A DNA stretch of 64,000 nucleotides from Bacteroidota bacterium (lineage in GTDB: Bacteria > Bacteroidota > Bacteroidia > 2-12-FULL-35-15). The notes under the pieces were generated by a model, which was not told the origin of the DNA, did not search any database, and was given only the letters and a program-made list of their open reading frames with translations. Shown one piece after another: positions 10,118 through 20,227 of this stretch (its first letter is position 1; every line of letters starts with the position of its first letter). The position numbers were made by a program, and so were the translations under genes. The stretch covers positions 42,941 to 106,940 of the forward strand of contig SXIH01000038.1 in assembly GCA_005772895.1 (NCBI GenBank), given 5' to 3'.

Positions 10118-10134
10118 CTCGCAGAGACGCAGAG
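10118..10134. repeat. Left arm of a perfect 17-bp inverted repeat (CTCGCAGAGACGCAGAG) flanking the GxxExxY gene
   Basis: Its exact reverse complement CTCTGCGTCTCTGCGAG lies at 10603..10619. It is a member of the TCGCAGA repeat family. Confidence 0.8.
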
Positions 10135-10197
10135 TTCGCTGAGCTGTGTGTGTTAGTTGTTGGTGTTATTTACCGTGTGTTTTTGAGACGCAGTAGT

Positions 10198-10575
10198 TTA
10201 GTAATTGTTTACTATTCTTACTATCCCGTCTTTTACAAGGTTTACATTAAAATTTACTAATAATCCTACTTTTTTGTCCGTTAATTTTAAATAAGTCAAT
10301 AATTGTTTGTGGTGAACAGGTGCTAGTGCTTCAACTGATTTTATTTCTACAATAACTTTGTCTTCAACTATAATATCTGCTCTAAATCCAATATCCATTT
10401 TGTTGTCATCATAAAACACTTCGATACCTTCTTGTCTCTTAAAACTTAAGTTTCTTTTTTTTAATTCATAACAGACTACTTCTTCATATATACTTTCCAA
10501 CAATCCTGGACCTAGCCTCGAATGGACTTTTATAAAAATGTCAATAAGTGCCCCTGTAATATCATTTTCCTTCAT
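10198..10575 (-). CDS. GxxExxY family protein (PD-(D/E)XK nuclease-like)
   Basis: 125 aa carrying GLLESIYEEVVCYELKKRNL, the hallmark GxxExxY block, with the DxxV(E)xK-like core downstream. Confidence 0.7.
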   Translation of the reverse strand: MKENDITGALIDIFIKVHSRLGPGLLESIYEEVVCYELKKRNLSFKRQEGIEVFYDDNKMDIGFRADIIVEDKVIVEIKSVEALAPVHHKQLLTYLKLTDKKVGLLVNFNVNLVKDGIVRIVNNY

Positions 10576-10602
10576 AAATATTTTTTAATATGCCTCTGCG
10601 TG

Positions 10603-10619
10603 CTCTGCGTCTCTGCGAG
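10603..10619. repeat. Right arm of the 17-bp inverted repeat flanking the GxxExxY gene
   Basis: Exact reverse complement of 10118..10134. Confidence 0.8.
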
Positions 10620-10654
10620 AAATTTTTTCGCGGAGGATATTGCTTCCAAAGATA

Positions 10655-10662
10655 TATATTTG
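10655..10662 (+). promoter_or_regulatory. Putative Bacteroidota sigma-A -7 element (TATATTTG) for hemL
   Basis: It matches TAnnTTTG and sits about 20 nt upstream of the hemL ATG at 10682. Confidence 0.3.
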
Positions 10663-10681
10663 CATCCTAATATTTTCAATT

Positions 10682-11974
10682 ATGAAGAGAGAAAAATCAG
10701 AAGCTTTATTTGAGAAAGCGAAAAAATATTTTCCCGGTGGTGTAAACAGTCCTGTCCGTGCTTTTCGTTCGGTTGGTGGCACTCCATTGTTTATTCAAAA
10801 AGGCAAAGGCTCACATATTTGGGATGCTGATGGAAATGAGTTTATTGACTATTGCGGTTCCTGGGGACCATTAATTTTAGGACATGCAAATGCTAAGGTG
10901 GTAGACGCCATTAAAAAAACAGTTGAGAATGGCAGCTCGTTTGGTGCACCAACAGCATTGGAAAATGATTTGGCGGAGTTGATTTTGAATAACAATAAAT
11001 ACATTCAAAAAATTCGTTTTGTAAGTTCAGGTACGGAAGCGGTGATGAGTGCTATTCGTTTGGCAAGAGGTTATACAAAAAGAAACAAGATTTTAAAATT
11101 CGAAGGGTGTTATCACGGACATAGTGATTCACTTTTGGTGAAAGCAGGTTCGGGATTGGTGACATTTGGTAATACATCATCAGCAGGAGTTCCTGAGAGT
11201 TTTGTGAATGAAACAATTGTAGTTTCATTGAATAACGAAGCCGCAGTTAAGCAAGCTTTCGCAGAATTTAAAGATCAGATTGCCTGTGTGATTATTGAAC
11301 CCATTCCAGCTAACAATGGATTGTTGTTGCAGCGCAAAGAATATTTGCAATTTTTACGCGACATCTGTACAGAAAACAAAACACTTTTAATTTTTGATGA
11401 AGTAATCAATGGATTCAGAATTGGTTTTGAAGGTGCAGCTGGTTATTATAAAATTCAACCAGACATTATTACTTACGGAAAAATTATTGGTGGTGGTTTG
11501 CCTGTTGGAATGTATGGTTCTTCTGCTGAGATTATGAGTAATATTTCTCCTGAAGGAAATGTGTACCAAGCGGGAACATTGAGCGGAAATCCTGTTGCTA
11601 TGGCAGCCGGGATTGCACAATTAACTGAATGTTTAAAACCTGGATTCTATGAGGAGTTGGAGAGCAAGACGAAGTTTTTGGTAGATTCCATCTTTTCAAA
11701 TTTCAAATTTCAAATTTCAAATTTTAAGATTTACAGTGTTGGTTCCGTTTTTTGGATTGCTTTTACAGATAAAGATGTTGTTCGTTCTGCAGAAGAAATT
11801 GATGCTGACTCAATGAAACATTTCAGAATTCTTCATAAAGAATTATTGGAGCGTGGAATTTATCTTGGTCCGTCAGGTTATGAAGTTGGTTTTGTTTGTG
11901 AAGCACATACAGAAGAAGATTTAATGAAAACAGCAAAAGCTTTTCGTGAAGCTTTGGAAATTGCTATGAAATAG
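10682..11974 (+). CDS. hemL: Glutamate-1-semialdehyde 2,1-aminomutase
   Basis: The protein starts MKREKSEALFEKAKKYFPGGVNSPVRAF and aligns along its full length with HemL. The track ORF starts 14 codons upstream at 10640, but ATG 10682 matches the family N-terminus. Confidence 0.9.
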   Translation: MKREKSEALFEKAKKYFPGGVNSPVRAFRSVGGTPLFIQKGKGSHIWDADGNEFIDYCGSWGPLILGHANAKVVDAIKKTVENGSSFGAPTALENDLAELILNNNKYIQKIRFVSSGTEAVMSAIRLARGYTKRNKILKFEGCYHGHSDSLLVKAGSGLVTFGNTSSAGVPESFVNETIVVSLNNEAAVKQAFAEFKDQIACVIIEPIPANNGLLLQRKEYLQFLRDICTENKTLLIFDEVINGFRIGFEGAAGYYKIQPDIITYGKIIGGGLPVGMYGSSAEIMSNISPEGNVYQAGTLSGNPVAMAAGIAQLTECLKPGFYEELESKTKFLVDSIFSNFKFQISNFKIYSVGSVFWIAFTDKDVVRSAEEIDADSMKHFRILHKELLERGIYLGPSGYEVGFVCEAHTEEDLMKTAKAFREALEIAMK

Positions 11975-12000
11975 ATTAAATTTGTTGTAAATTATTCCTT

Positions 12001-12234
12001 ATGAATATCCAAGCACAAAAAATAGAGTTAGCAAAACAACTTTTAGATGTTAAGAGTGAAGTTGTTTTGAAACAAATCAAAGCATTTTTAAATGCTTACA
12101 AAACTGATTTGTGGGATGAGCTTTCTGATGAGCAGAAAGCCTCCATTCATCGCGCTAAAGTTCAGTTGGCAAACGGTGAAGGTGTTGCTCATAAAGAAGT
12201 AATGAAAAAGTATAAAAAATGGCGTACAAAATAA
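12001..12234 (+). CDS. Putative antitoxin (addiction-module component) of a type II TA pair
   Basis: 77 aa. It overlaps the downstream RelE/ParE toxin gene by 16 nt and has a small helical DLWDELSDEQKASI...KKW architecture typical of Bacteroidota addiction-module antitoxins. Confidence 0.5.
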   Translation: MNIQAQKIELAKQLLDVKSEVVLKQIKAFLNAYKTDLWDELSDEQKASIHRAKVQLANGEGVAHKEVMKKYKKWRTK

Positions 12235-12530
12235 TTTGGTCGCCAGAAGCCATTGATACTTTTGATGCAATAATTAAATATCTTTCTGAAAACTGGTCTG
12301 AACGAGAAGTATCTAATTTCTTAGATGACTCAGAGCACACTATATTTTTATTAGAGAAAAACCCATTTTTATTTCGTGGCTCAACCAAAGAGAGTGTTCA
12401 TGAGGCATTGATAACCAAGCACAATTTATTGTTATATCAAATTGTCGAAAATTCTAAAAGAGTTGAATTAATTAGTTTTTGGGACACACGCCAAAACCCT
12501 AAAAGAAAATTTTTGAAAAAGAAAAGATAA
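12219..12530 (+). CDS. Type II toxin-antitoxin system RelE/ParE-family toxin
   Basis: 103 aa starting MAYKIIWSPEA..D...I..YL, the RelE/ParE N-terminal signature. It is translationally coupled to the upstream small gene. Confidence 0.65.
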   Translation: MAYKIIWSPEAIDTFDAIIKYLSENWSEREVSNFLDDSEHTIFLLEKNPFLFRGSTKESVHEALITKHNLLLYQIVENSKRVELISFWDTRQNPKRKFLKKKR

Positions 12531-12554
12531 TTAAATTCTCTAAAGAAGTGTTTT

Positions 12555-13040
12555 ATGGAAGACGATGATTTCGATTTTAATTTCGATGACCTTTCGGATG
12601 AAGAAAAGGAAGAAATTGAAAAACAACAAAGAGAGGAACGAGAGGCTTTAGAAAATAGTCCTATTTATAAAAAAGCATTTGAGATTTATGAGACTGTAAA
12701 TGCTTTAGTTGAAAGTCTTTCTGATGATGATAAAGAATTCTATCAAAGTATCTTGCTTGAATCTTCAATGATTTTAGCACCAAAAATTGCAGGTGCTTTT
12801 GGAAGTGATAGTTGGTTAATTTGTATGCAAAATGCTTCCATTGTTAGATATCACGCTGAGTATTTACTCACTTCCACTTCCGGATTGAGACTATTTACAA
12901 AAGCACAAAAAGAATATGTGCAATTGTTTCGAACAGAAATGGAAAAGTTTCAAGAGTTATTTAAAGAATGGGTCAAAACATTCGATAAGTTAGAAAAGGA
13001 AGAATATGTTGATGAATGGGGATTATTTTTAAGAAAATAA
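12555..13040 (+). CDS. Hypothetical acidic protein (161 aa)
   Basis: Clean ORF with an Asp/Glu-rich N-terminus. No family recognised. Confidence 0.3.
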   Translation: MEDDDFDFNFDDLSDEEKEEIEKQQREEREALENSPIYKKAFEIYETVNALVESLSDDDKEFYQSILLESSMILAPKIAGAFGSDSWLICMQNASIVRYHAEYLLTSTSGLRLFTKAQKEYVQLFRTEMEKFQELFKEWVKTFDKLEKEEYVDEWGLFLRK

Positions 13041-13112
13041 TATATTTTTCTGCGTAAATCTGCGTAATCTGCGAGCCATTTCCTATATTTATTCCATCAA
13101 AACTACTTCACA

Positions 13113-13982
13113 ATGGTAAAAAATATTCTTGTTATCGGAGCTACAGGAATGCTTGGCAAACCGGTCACTAAAGAATTAGCGAATTCCGGATTTACTGTTT
13201 CTGCACTTGTACGCAATCCTGAAAAAGCAAAAAAAGAATTGCCGGCAAATATCAAACTCATCAAAGGAGATATTTCAAGCGAAAAAGACTTAGTGAATGC
13301 TATGCAAGGGCAAGATGCTGTGTATTTAAGTTTATCTATTAAACAAAACGAAAAAAAATCTGCTTTTCACAGTGAACAAGAGGGAATGCAGAACGTAATA
13401 AAAGCAGCAAAACAGCAGAACATAAAACGTATCGGATATTTATCTTCTCTGGTAATGTTCTATCAGGGAATGAATGGTTTTAATTGGTGGGTGTTTGAAT
13501 TAAAACACAATGCTGTGAAAATGCTGAAAGAAAGTGGTATTCCTAGTACAATTTTTTATCCTTCTAATTTTATGGAGAGTCTTGCCGGAATGTACAAGCA
13601 AGGAAAAATGTTGATGCTTGCCGGTAAATCATCTTATCCAATGTATTTTATTTCGGCTTTTGATTATGGAAAACAAGTAGCAAAATCATTTTCAATTTTA
13701 TCGGATGAAAATAAAGAATATGTTGTTCAAGGTACAGAAGCATTTAATGCGGACGATGCTGTAAAATTATTTAAGTCGCATTACAAAAAAGAAAAATTAT
13801 TTATTTCGAAAGCGCCATTAGGAATGATTAAATTTTTTGGAATGTTCACAACTAAAATGAATTATGGTGCACATATTTTGGATGCTTTAAATAATTATCC
13901 TGAAAAATTTGAAGCAGAAACTACCTGGAAAGAATTGGGTAAACCGCAAATGACAATTAAAAAATATTCAGAAGAACTTTAA
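13113..13982 (+). CDS. NAD(P)H-binding NmrA-like / atypical SDR family oxidoreductase
   Basis: 289 aa with an N-terminal ILVIGATGMLGKPV Rossmann motif. Confidence 0.55.
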   Translation: MVKNILVIGATGMLGKPVTKELANSGFTVSALVRNPEKAKKELPANIKLIKGDISSEKDLVNAMQGQDAVYLSLSIKQNEKKSAFHSEQEGMQNVIKAAKQQNIKRIGYLSSLVMFYQGMNGFNWWVFELKHNAVKMLKESGIPSTIFYPSNFMESLAGMYKQGKMLMLAGKSSYPMYFISAFDYGKQVAKSFSILSDENKEYVVQGTEAFNADDAVKLFKSHYKKEKLFISKAPLGMIKFFGMFTTKMNYGAHILDALNNYPEKFEAETTWKELGKPQMTIKKYSEEL

Positions 13983-13992
13983 TCTAAATAAT

Positions 13993-14430
13993 ATGCAAAA
14001 CGAAAAACTTTTTAATGGAACGATTTGGTATTTAAAAATCGCTACGGTTTTTGGACTGATCATGTGTTTTGTATTAATGTATTACCAGAGTTTTGATCCT
14101 GCCGGAGGTTTGGAGATGATGATTGTGCAGGATCTTTACAAAACAGATGTGATGCCTGCAGATGCCAGACCAATGTTTGTGTTTGTATTTCTCTTATTTG
14201 ATATGTTAAGTGTACTAAGTTTAATGGGACAATATTTGGTGATTGTACATGGCTTGCAGAAAAAACAAAAATGGGCTTTTCATTATATGGTTTTGATAGG
14301 CGTTTTTTGGCCTATTGGCGCAGCAATTATAGCCTGGTATTGTAAGGTGCCTGCATATTTCTTTTCAGTTGGAATGATGACGTGTATGTTTTTTCCTCCG
14401 CTTTTAATTTTGTGGAAATATTTTAAATAG
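13993..14430 (+). CDS. Hypothetical integral membrane protein (145 aa)
   Basis: Four predicted TM helices. No family recognised. Confidence 0.3.
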   Translation: MQNEKLFNGTIWYLKIATVFGLIMCFVLMYYQSFDPAGGLEMMIVQDLYKTDVMPADARPMFVFVFLLFDMLSVLSLMGQYLVIVHGLQKKQKWAFHYMVLIGVFWPIGAAIIAWYCKVPAYFFSVGMMTCMFFPPLLILWKYFK

Positions 14431-15268
14431 TTACTAGTATCAGCACTACTCCTTGCAAAATCATTGTTCCATCTAATAATGCTGTATAAAAGTATTCGCT
14501 CCGTTTCGAGGAACTCATAAAAACAATAGTTGCATTTATAATTGCTGTTATCATTAAAGCAATAAAAATTTTTACTGTAAACATTTCACACAAAAACTCA
14601 ATAGAAATTAGAGAAATATAAATCAGCATACATACAACAGCAATCCATCGTGTTCTATTTTCCCCTAATTTCTGGCTTAGTGTAAAAACGCTTTCTGACT
14701 TATCTACTTCCATATCGCGAATATCGAACGGAATACAAATGCTGATAATAAAAAAGAAGCGGACAAAATAATGAAGAATGTTATTTGTAGAAAACGGATT
14801 AGGATTAATTAGTAATGAAGGGACAAGGGCTGTTACCATTGTCCAAACTACAGCTAGTGTAAACAATTTAAACCAGGTATTTTTTCTAAGTTTAACGAAT
14901 GGTAAAAAATAGGCAATCGATAAAATTAGCAATGGTGAGAGGTAAAAGATAATACTATAGTCGTTGTAAAAAAATGAAACCGCTACTCCAACAAGTCCTA
15001 TTATGCTAAGTATTTTAATAGAAAATTGATTTTCGAAAATCCATTTCCTTCTAATAGAAAGCAGACTATTATCCTTTTGAGAAGAGTAAAAAATGCGTTG
15101 CAAATTGTAAACAAATAGAGTAGCAAAAAAAGAAAGTATAGAGTAGAAATATAAATGATTGCTTAGTCCGATTTGAACAACAGTACTTTGAATTAAACAA
15201 ACAGCAGCAAATGCAACATAAATATTGCCGAAGAGAATAAAATCGAAAAAACGTTTTAGAGCATGCAA
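14423..15268 (-). CDS. Hypothetical polytopic membrane protein (281 aa)
   Basis: Multiple hydrophobic helices. Possibly a prenyltransferase-like fold, but no clear Asp-rich motifs. Confidence 0.3.
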   Translation of the reverse strand: MHALKRFFDFILFGNIYVAFAAVCLIQSTVVQIGLSNHLYFYSILSFFATLFVYNLQRIFYSSQKDNSLLSIRRKWIFENQFSIKILSIIGLVGVAVSFFYNDYSIIFYLSPLLILSIAYFLPFVKLRKNTWFKLFTLAVVWTMVTALVPSLLINPNPFSTNNILHYFVRFFFIISICIPFDIRDMEVDKSESVFTLSQKLGENRTRWIAVVCMLIYISLISIEFLCEMFTVKIFIALMITAIINATIVFMSSSKRSEYFYTALLDGTMILQGVVLILVTI

Positions 15269-15288
15269 TTTTTAAAATATGAAACCTT

Positions 15289-15981
15289 TTACTGAAAGGA
15301 GATTTCGCTATTGTTAGCTTTTAGAATAAAAAATGTTCCTAAGCCTACACCCATCCCAATTCCACCACCTACTAAAGAACTGATTTTTCTTTTTTTGCGA
15401 GCAACTCTTTCATAGCCCATTATGTAAGTATCGTGTTTGATATAATCTACATTAGAAACTGTTGATGGACGGACTTTTACTCGGGGAACTCCTGACAAAG
15501 CTGTAAATGCAAAAGGAGGAATTGGACACAAAAAGCTTCCGGTTACACCGCCTGCTGCACCTAGTAGCATGTTTCCCCAAAAAGCACCTTTGGCTTTAAA
15601 TCCTTTTTCGGCATCTTGTTCTCCTAAAATAAAATAACGCATTTCATCAATTGTAAATTCATTCCCAATAATTGTATCATAAACATACATTACACTTTCG
15701 CCATTAGCATTTGTAATGGAAAAAATTCTATCGTTTTCTATGATCAAGTTTTTAGTACTGTCTTTTGGATTTTTAATTGTTGTAACTCCATTTAAAGTAT
15801 CTATTACAGAACCAATAACAACGCCTCCATTCAACAATAGAATAGTATCCTTTCCGTTCTGGGAAAATGTGTTTTTTGAAAGTAGCGTAAATGCCAGACA
15901 AATAATGGTAATTGAAATGTTTTTAAACATAATGGGTGTGATATTTTCTTCAAAGATAACCATTCTAAAATACACCATCAT
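15289..15981 (-). CDS. Hypothetical secreted/membrane protein with a C-terminal glycine-zipper
   Basis: The likely start is the internal Met at about 15930 (MFKNISITIICLAFTLLSKNTFSQ, a signal peptide). The C-terminus reads GGGIGMGVGLGTFFI. Confidence 0.3.
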   Translation of the reverse strand: MMVYFRMVIFEENITPIMFKNISITIICLAFTLLSKNTFSQNGKDTILLLNGGVVIGSVIDTLNGVTTIKNPKDSTKNLIIENDRIFSITNANGESVMYVYDTIIGNEFTIDEMRYFILGEQDAEKGFKAKGAFWGNMLLGAAGGVTGSFLCPIPPFAFTALSGVPRVKVRPSTVSNVDYIKHDTYIMGYERVARKKRKISSLVGGGIGMGVGLGTFFILKANNSEISFQ

Positions 15982-16032
15982 TTTTATTGTTTATTGTTAA
16001 TAATTTCAGTGCCATAAAAGCTCAATTCTAAT

Positions 16033-16040
16033 TATATTTG
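16033..16040 (+). promoter_or_regulatory. Putative -7 element (TATATTTG) for gcvP, followed by a GC-rich leader hairpin
   Basis: It matches TAnnTTTG. A 9-bp-stem hairpin (gcctgcccg / cgggcgggc) at about 16040..16075 lies between it and the ATG at 16100. Confidence 0.3.
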
Positions 16041-16099
16041 CCTGCCCGTTACAAAACGTGTAACGTTCGGGCGGGCATTCCTCAATAAAAAATGAAACA

Positions 16100-18985
16100 A
16101 TGATTACAACCGACAAATTTGTTGACCGTCATAACGGTCCCCGTGCAAACGAAGTAAAAGCAATGCTTTCAAAAATAGGAGCAAGTAGTGTTGATGAGTT
16201 GATAAATCAAACAATTCCTGCTGCCATTAGATTGAAAACACCTTTGAATCTTTCATCTGGAATGTCAGAATATAATTACCATAAGCATTTACGAGCGATT
16301 GCTTCAAAAAACAAAGTTTTTAAATCTTATATAGGTTTAGGATATAGTAATACTATTATTCCTCCAGTTGTTCAACGCAACGTTTTGGAAAATCCAGGTT
16401 GGTATACAGCTTATACTCCTTATCAGGCAGAAATTTCACAAGGAAGATTAGAGGCATTGTTGAATTTTCAAACTATGATAATGGATTTGACGGGGATGGA
16501 AATCGCAAATGCATCATTGTTGGATGAAGCAACAGCAGCGGCAGAAGCTATGGCAATGTTGTTCAGCAATCGTAACCGTGATCAAGTAAAAAATGGTGCG
16601 AATAAATTTTTTGTTTCCAATGAATGTTATCCTCAAACCATCGATTTATTAAAAACCCGTTCAGCTCCTTTGGGCATTGTTTTGGAAATTGGTGACTGGA
16701 AGACTACAAAATTAGATGGATCTGTGTATGGTGCGATCTTACAATATCCTACAGTTGATGGAAAAGTAAACGACTATGCTGATTTTGTAAAAAATGCAAA
16801 AGCAAATGGAATTGCAATTGCAGTTGCTGCTGATATTTTGAGTTTAGTTTTATTAACGCCTCCAGGCGAATGGGGTGCTGATGTTGTTGTTGGAAATTCT
16901 CAGCGTTTTGGTGTTCCAATGGGTTATGGTGGTCCGCACGCAGCCTTTTTTGCTTGTAGAGAAGAATACAAACGTATTATTCCGGGGCGTATCATTGGTG
17001 TTTCTGTTGATGCGCAAGGCAATCCCGCTTTGCGAATGGCTTTGCAAACACGTGAACAGCATATCCGCAGGGATAAAGCAACTTCAAATATTTGTACTGC
17101 TCAGGCATTATTAGCTATTATGGCTAGTATGTATGCAGTTTATCACGGTCCGGCCGGGATAAAAGGAATTGCCCAGCAAGTGCATTTGTCAGCTGTAACT
17201 TTAGCTTCTGAATTGAAAAAATTAGGTTACACAATTGAAAGCGAAAACTTTTTTGATACTATTAAAGTAGTATTGCCAAAAGGTGTTTCAGAAGGAATGA
17301 TTCATCAGATGGCAATTGGTGCGCACATCAATTTCCGCTATATCGATAATTGTTGTGTTTGCATTGCACTTGACCAAACTACAGACGCAGAAGATTTAAA
17401 TGCCATCATCGATATCTTCGCAAAAGCAGCAAACAAAGCGGCTTCAAAAGTTACTCAAGAAGCTGTTTATTCTCAAAAATTCAATATCCAACAGCGAAAA
17501 TCTAATATTCTTACACATCCTATCTTTAACTCTTATCACTCTGAATCAGAAATGATGCGTTACATCAAACGTTTGGAGAATAAAGATTTATCTCTTACTC
17601 ATTCTATGATTTCATTAGGTTCTTGTACAATGAAATTAAATGCAGCATCGGAATTAATGCCAATCACTTGGCCGGAATTTGCACACATTCACCCTTTTGT
17701 TCCTGTTGAACAAGCTGCTGGCTATATTGAAATGATTGAAGAGCTGGATCGTTCATTAAGTGAAATCACCGGTTTTGCAAAAATGAGTTTTCAACCAAAC
17801 AGTGGTGCTCAAGGCGAATATGCTGGATTGTTGGTGATTCAAGCTTATCATCAATCACGCGGTGATGCTCATCGTAATATAGCTTTGATTCCAACTTCTG
17901 CGCATGGGACAAATCCTGCTAGTGCTGCAATGTGTGGAATGAAAATAGTTTTGGTGAAATGTGATGAAAAAGGAAACATCGATGTGAATGATATGCGCGA
18001 AAAAGCGACCTTACATAAAGATAATTTATCTTGTTTGATGGTGACTTATCCTAGTACACATGGTGTATACGAGGAAAGTATTATTGAGATTACAAATATT
18101 ATTCATGAAAATGGCGGACAAGTATATATGGATGGAGCCAACATGAATGCGCAAGTTGGATTAACATCTCCTGGAAATATTGGTGCTGATGTTTGCCACT
18201 TGAATTTACACAAGACATTTGCTATTCCACATGGTGGAGGTGGACCAGGCATGGGTCCAATCGGAGTTGCAAAACAATTGGTTCCATTTTTACCTTCACA
18301 CGTTTTAGTAAAAACAGGAGGAGAAAAAGAAATTTCGGCTGTATCAGCAGCACCATTTGGAAGTTCTTTAATATTATTGATTTCTTATGGTTATATTAAA
18401 ATGTTGGGTGGTGAGGGAGTTGCAGAAGCAACAAAAATGGCAATTTTAAATGCCAATTATATAAAAGAAACTTTAAAAGGACATTATCCTACTTTATACA
18501 GTGGTAAAAATGGAAGATGTGCTCATGAAATGATTTTAGATTGCGTAGAATTTAAGCGTCAGGCTGGTGTAGAAGTGGGAGATATCGCAAAGCGTTTGAT
18601 GGATTATGGTTATCACGCTCCAACTGTTTCTTTCCCTGTGCATGATACATTGATGGTAGAACCCACGGAAAGTGAATCAAAAGAAGAATTGGACCGTTTT
18701 TGTTCTGCATTAATTTCAATTAAAAAGGAAATAGATGAGATTATTTCCGGAAAAGCAGATAAAGAAGACAATGTTATTAAAAATGCGCCACACACAGCGA
18801 AATCTACAATAACAGACGACTGGAAACACACATATTCACGTGAAAAAGCAGTTTATCCTCTAAAATGGGTAAAAGAAGCTAAATTTTGGCCAAGTGTAGC
18901 CAGAGTGGATAATGCTCATGGTGACAGAAACCTCATATGTGCTTGTCCTCCAATAGAATCCTATGCTGAGGTTGAGTTGGCTTAA
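16100..18985 (+). CDS. gcvP: Glycine dehydrogenase (decarboxylating), glycine cleavage system P protein
   Basis: 961 aa starting [23 protein letters not shown]. It has both GcvP halves and the PLP lysine region. Confidence 0.95.
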   Translation: MITTDKFVDRHNGPRANEVKAMLSKIGASSVDELINQTIPAAIRLKTPLNLSSGMSEYNYHKHLRAIASKNKVFKSYIGLGYSNTIIPPVVQRNVLENPGWYTAYTPYQAEISQGRLEALLNFQTMIMDLTGMEIANASLLDEATAAAEAMAMLFSNRNRDQVKNGANKFFVSNECYPQTIDLLKTRSAPLGIVLEIGDWKTTKLDGSVYGAILQYPTVDGKVNDYADFVKNAKANGIAIAVAADILSLVLLTPPGEWGADVVVGNSQRFGVPMGYGGPHAAFFACREEYKRIIPGRIIGVSVDAQGNPALRMALQTREQHIRRDKATSNICTAQALLAIMASMYAVYHGPAGIKGIAQQVHLSAVTLASELKKLGYTIESENFFDTIKVVLPKGVSEGMIHQMAIGAHINFRYIDNCCVCIALDQTTDAEDLNAIIDIFAKAANKAASKVTQEAVYSQKFNIQQRKSNILTHPIFNSYHSESEMMRYIKRLENKDLSLTHSMISLGSCTMKLNAASELMPITWPEFAHIHPFVPVEQAAGYIEMIEELDRSLSEITGFAKMSFQPNSGAQGEYAGLLVIQAYHQSRGDAHRNIALIPTSAHGTNPASAAMCGMKIVLVKCDEKGNIDVNDMREKATLHKDNLSCLMVTYPSTHGVYEESIIEITNIIHENGGQVYMDGANMNAQVGLTSPGNIGADVCHLNLHKTFAIPHGGGGPGMGPIGVAKQLVPFLPSHVLVKTGGEKEISAVSAAPFGSSLILLISYGYIKMLGGEGVAEATKMAILNANYIKETLKGHYPTLYSGKNGRCAHEMILDCVEFKRQAGVEVGDIAKRLMDYGYHAPTVSFPVHDTLMVEPTESESKEELDRFCSALISIKKEIDEIISGKADKEDNVIKNAPHTAKSTITDDWKHTYSREKAVYPLKWVKEAKFWPSVARVDNAHGDRNLICACPPIESYAEVELA

Positions 18986-19005
18986 AGCATAATTTTTCTT
19001 TTAAT

Positions 19006-19036
19006 TTGGTAGTATCACTCTATTTAGCTAAATTTG
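19006..19036 (+). promoter_or_regulatory. Putative sigma-A promoter (-33 TTG at 19006, -7 TAAATTTG at 19029..19036) for the first T9SS cargo gene
   Basis: TTG, a 20-bp spacer, then TAnnTTTG, located 48 nt upstream of the ATG at 19084. Confidence 0.35.
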
Positions 19037-19083
19037 TAGCTCGACTTTTGAAATAAATTAATTAATAACTAAAAACAATAAAC

Positions 19084-20082
19084 ATGAAAAAAATTTACAC
19101 GCTTATTGCTACTGTAGCTGTAGTTTTATCTGCTAGCGCACAAAGAAGCAATGTTAACATCCCAAATACTGCTACTACACCTTCAATGGGTGTAAATACA
19201 ACTAGAGCAGTTGGTGATACAATTTATTATTTTGATGGAAATGGTTTCTATGGAACTGGTATCAGTGCAACAAGTACTCCTCCATTTGCATTTGCTAATG
19301 ATGATGTTGATGGTTTAACTGCAGATCCTGCAATGACTCCATGGATTCCGGTTACTGATTGGAAATTTTTCTACGAAGAATTAGCTTTACCTGGAGATAC
19401 AAACTTCTTTATGGGAGCAACTTCTTGGTTTTCACCATTAGCTCAAGCTGATGATTGGTTTGCTGTAGGACCTATATCTATTCCTGCTGCTGGTGCTGCT
19501 TTAACTTGGAAGCACAACATTCCAGATCCAAACTATAGCGATGGATACAAAATCAAAGTTTCTACAACTGGTTTGTCTAACTACACAGATTTCACTGATC
19601 CAGCTATTTTCACTCTTAATGATAATGATCCAACAGCTCAAACTGATACTGCTGGTTTCCCATACAGAGTGTTTTATTCAAGAGGAGTTAGTTTAATGGC
19701 TTATGCTGGTCAAGATATTTATTTAGCTGTTCACCACGATGCTAACGATATGTTCATTTTGTACATGGATGATTTCTTGATTATTGAAGGTCCTGCTAGC
19801 GTTAATGAATTCGTTAACGGAGCTAGATTATTCCAAAACTCACCAAATCCGGCTGGTTCTGCTACAATGATTAACTATGAATTAGAAAGCAGTGCTCAAG
19901 TTGCATTAAACGTTTATGATGTAACTGGTAAAATGGTTTCTTCTTTAAATCTTGGAGATCAAAACGCAGGTACTCATAACTTAAACTATAGTGTTGAGAA
20001 CCTTTCTGCAGGTGTTTACTATTATTCATTAACAGTTAACAATGCTACTTCTTCAGCTATGAAAATGGTTGTAATTAAGTAA
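19084..20082 (+). CDS. Secreted protein with a T9SS type-A C-terminal sorting domain
   Basis: 332 aa with a signal peptide MKKIYTLIATVAVVLSASAQ. The last ~80 aa (NVYDVTGKMV...GVYYYSLTVNN...KMVVIK) match the Por-secretion C-terminal domain (TIGR04183-like). Confidence 0.6.
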   Translation: MKKIYTLIATVAVVLSASAQRSNVNIPNTATTPSMGVNTTRAVGDTIYYFDGNGFYGTGISATSTPPFAFANDDVDGLTADPAMTPWIPVTDWKFFYEELALPGDTNFFMGATSWFSPLAQADDWFAVGPISIPAAGAALTWKHNIPDPNYSDGYKIKVSTTGLSNYTDFTDPAIFTLNDNDPTAQTDTAGFPYRVFYSRGVSLMAYAGQDIYLAVHHDANDMFILYMDDFLIIEGPASVNEFVNGARLFQNSPNPAGSATMINYELESSAQVALNVYDVTGKMVSSLNLGDQNAGTHNLNYSVENLSAGVYYYSLTVNNATSSAMKMVVIK

Positions 20083-20101
20083 TATATAATACTTTTTTAT
20101 G

Positions 20102-20140
20102 AAAGCCACTCCATTTATTTGGTGTGGCTTTCTTATTTTA
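20102..20140 (+). terminator. Rho-independent terminator hairpin (aaagccac...gtggcttt + T-rich)
   Basis: An 8-bp perfect stem directly after the stop at 20082. Confidence 0.5.
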
Positions 20141-20227
20141 ATTAATCGATGAGATATTGTTTTTTGTGCTACTATTTATTACCTTTATCGCTCAATTTTA
20201 AAAACTCAAATTTTAAACCCTGAAAAG

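Noticed and set aside
11695-11721. (TTTCAA)x4 hexamer array inside hemL as a possible insertion or frameshift-prone slippage site
   Set aside because: The encoded residues (FSNFKFQISNFKI...) occupy a segment that aligns with conserved HemL sequence. Gene length is normal, so it is not an insertion. It is noted only as a repeat.
15982-16099. Glycine riboswitch upstream of gcvP
   Set aside because: The conserved riboswitch elements are absent. Only a simple hairpin is present.
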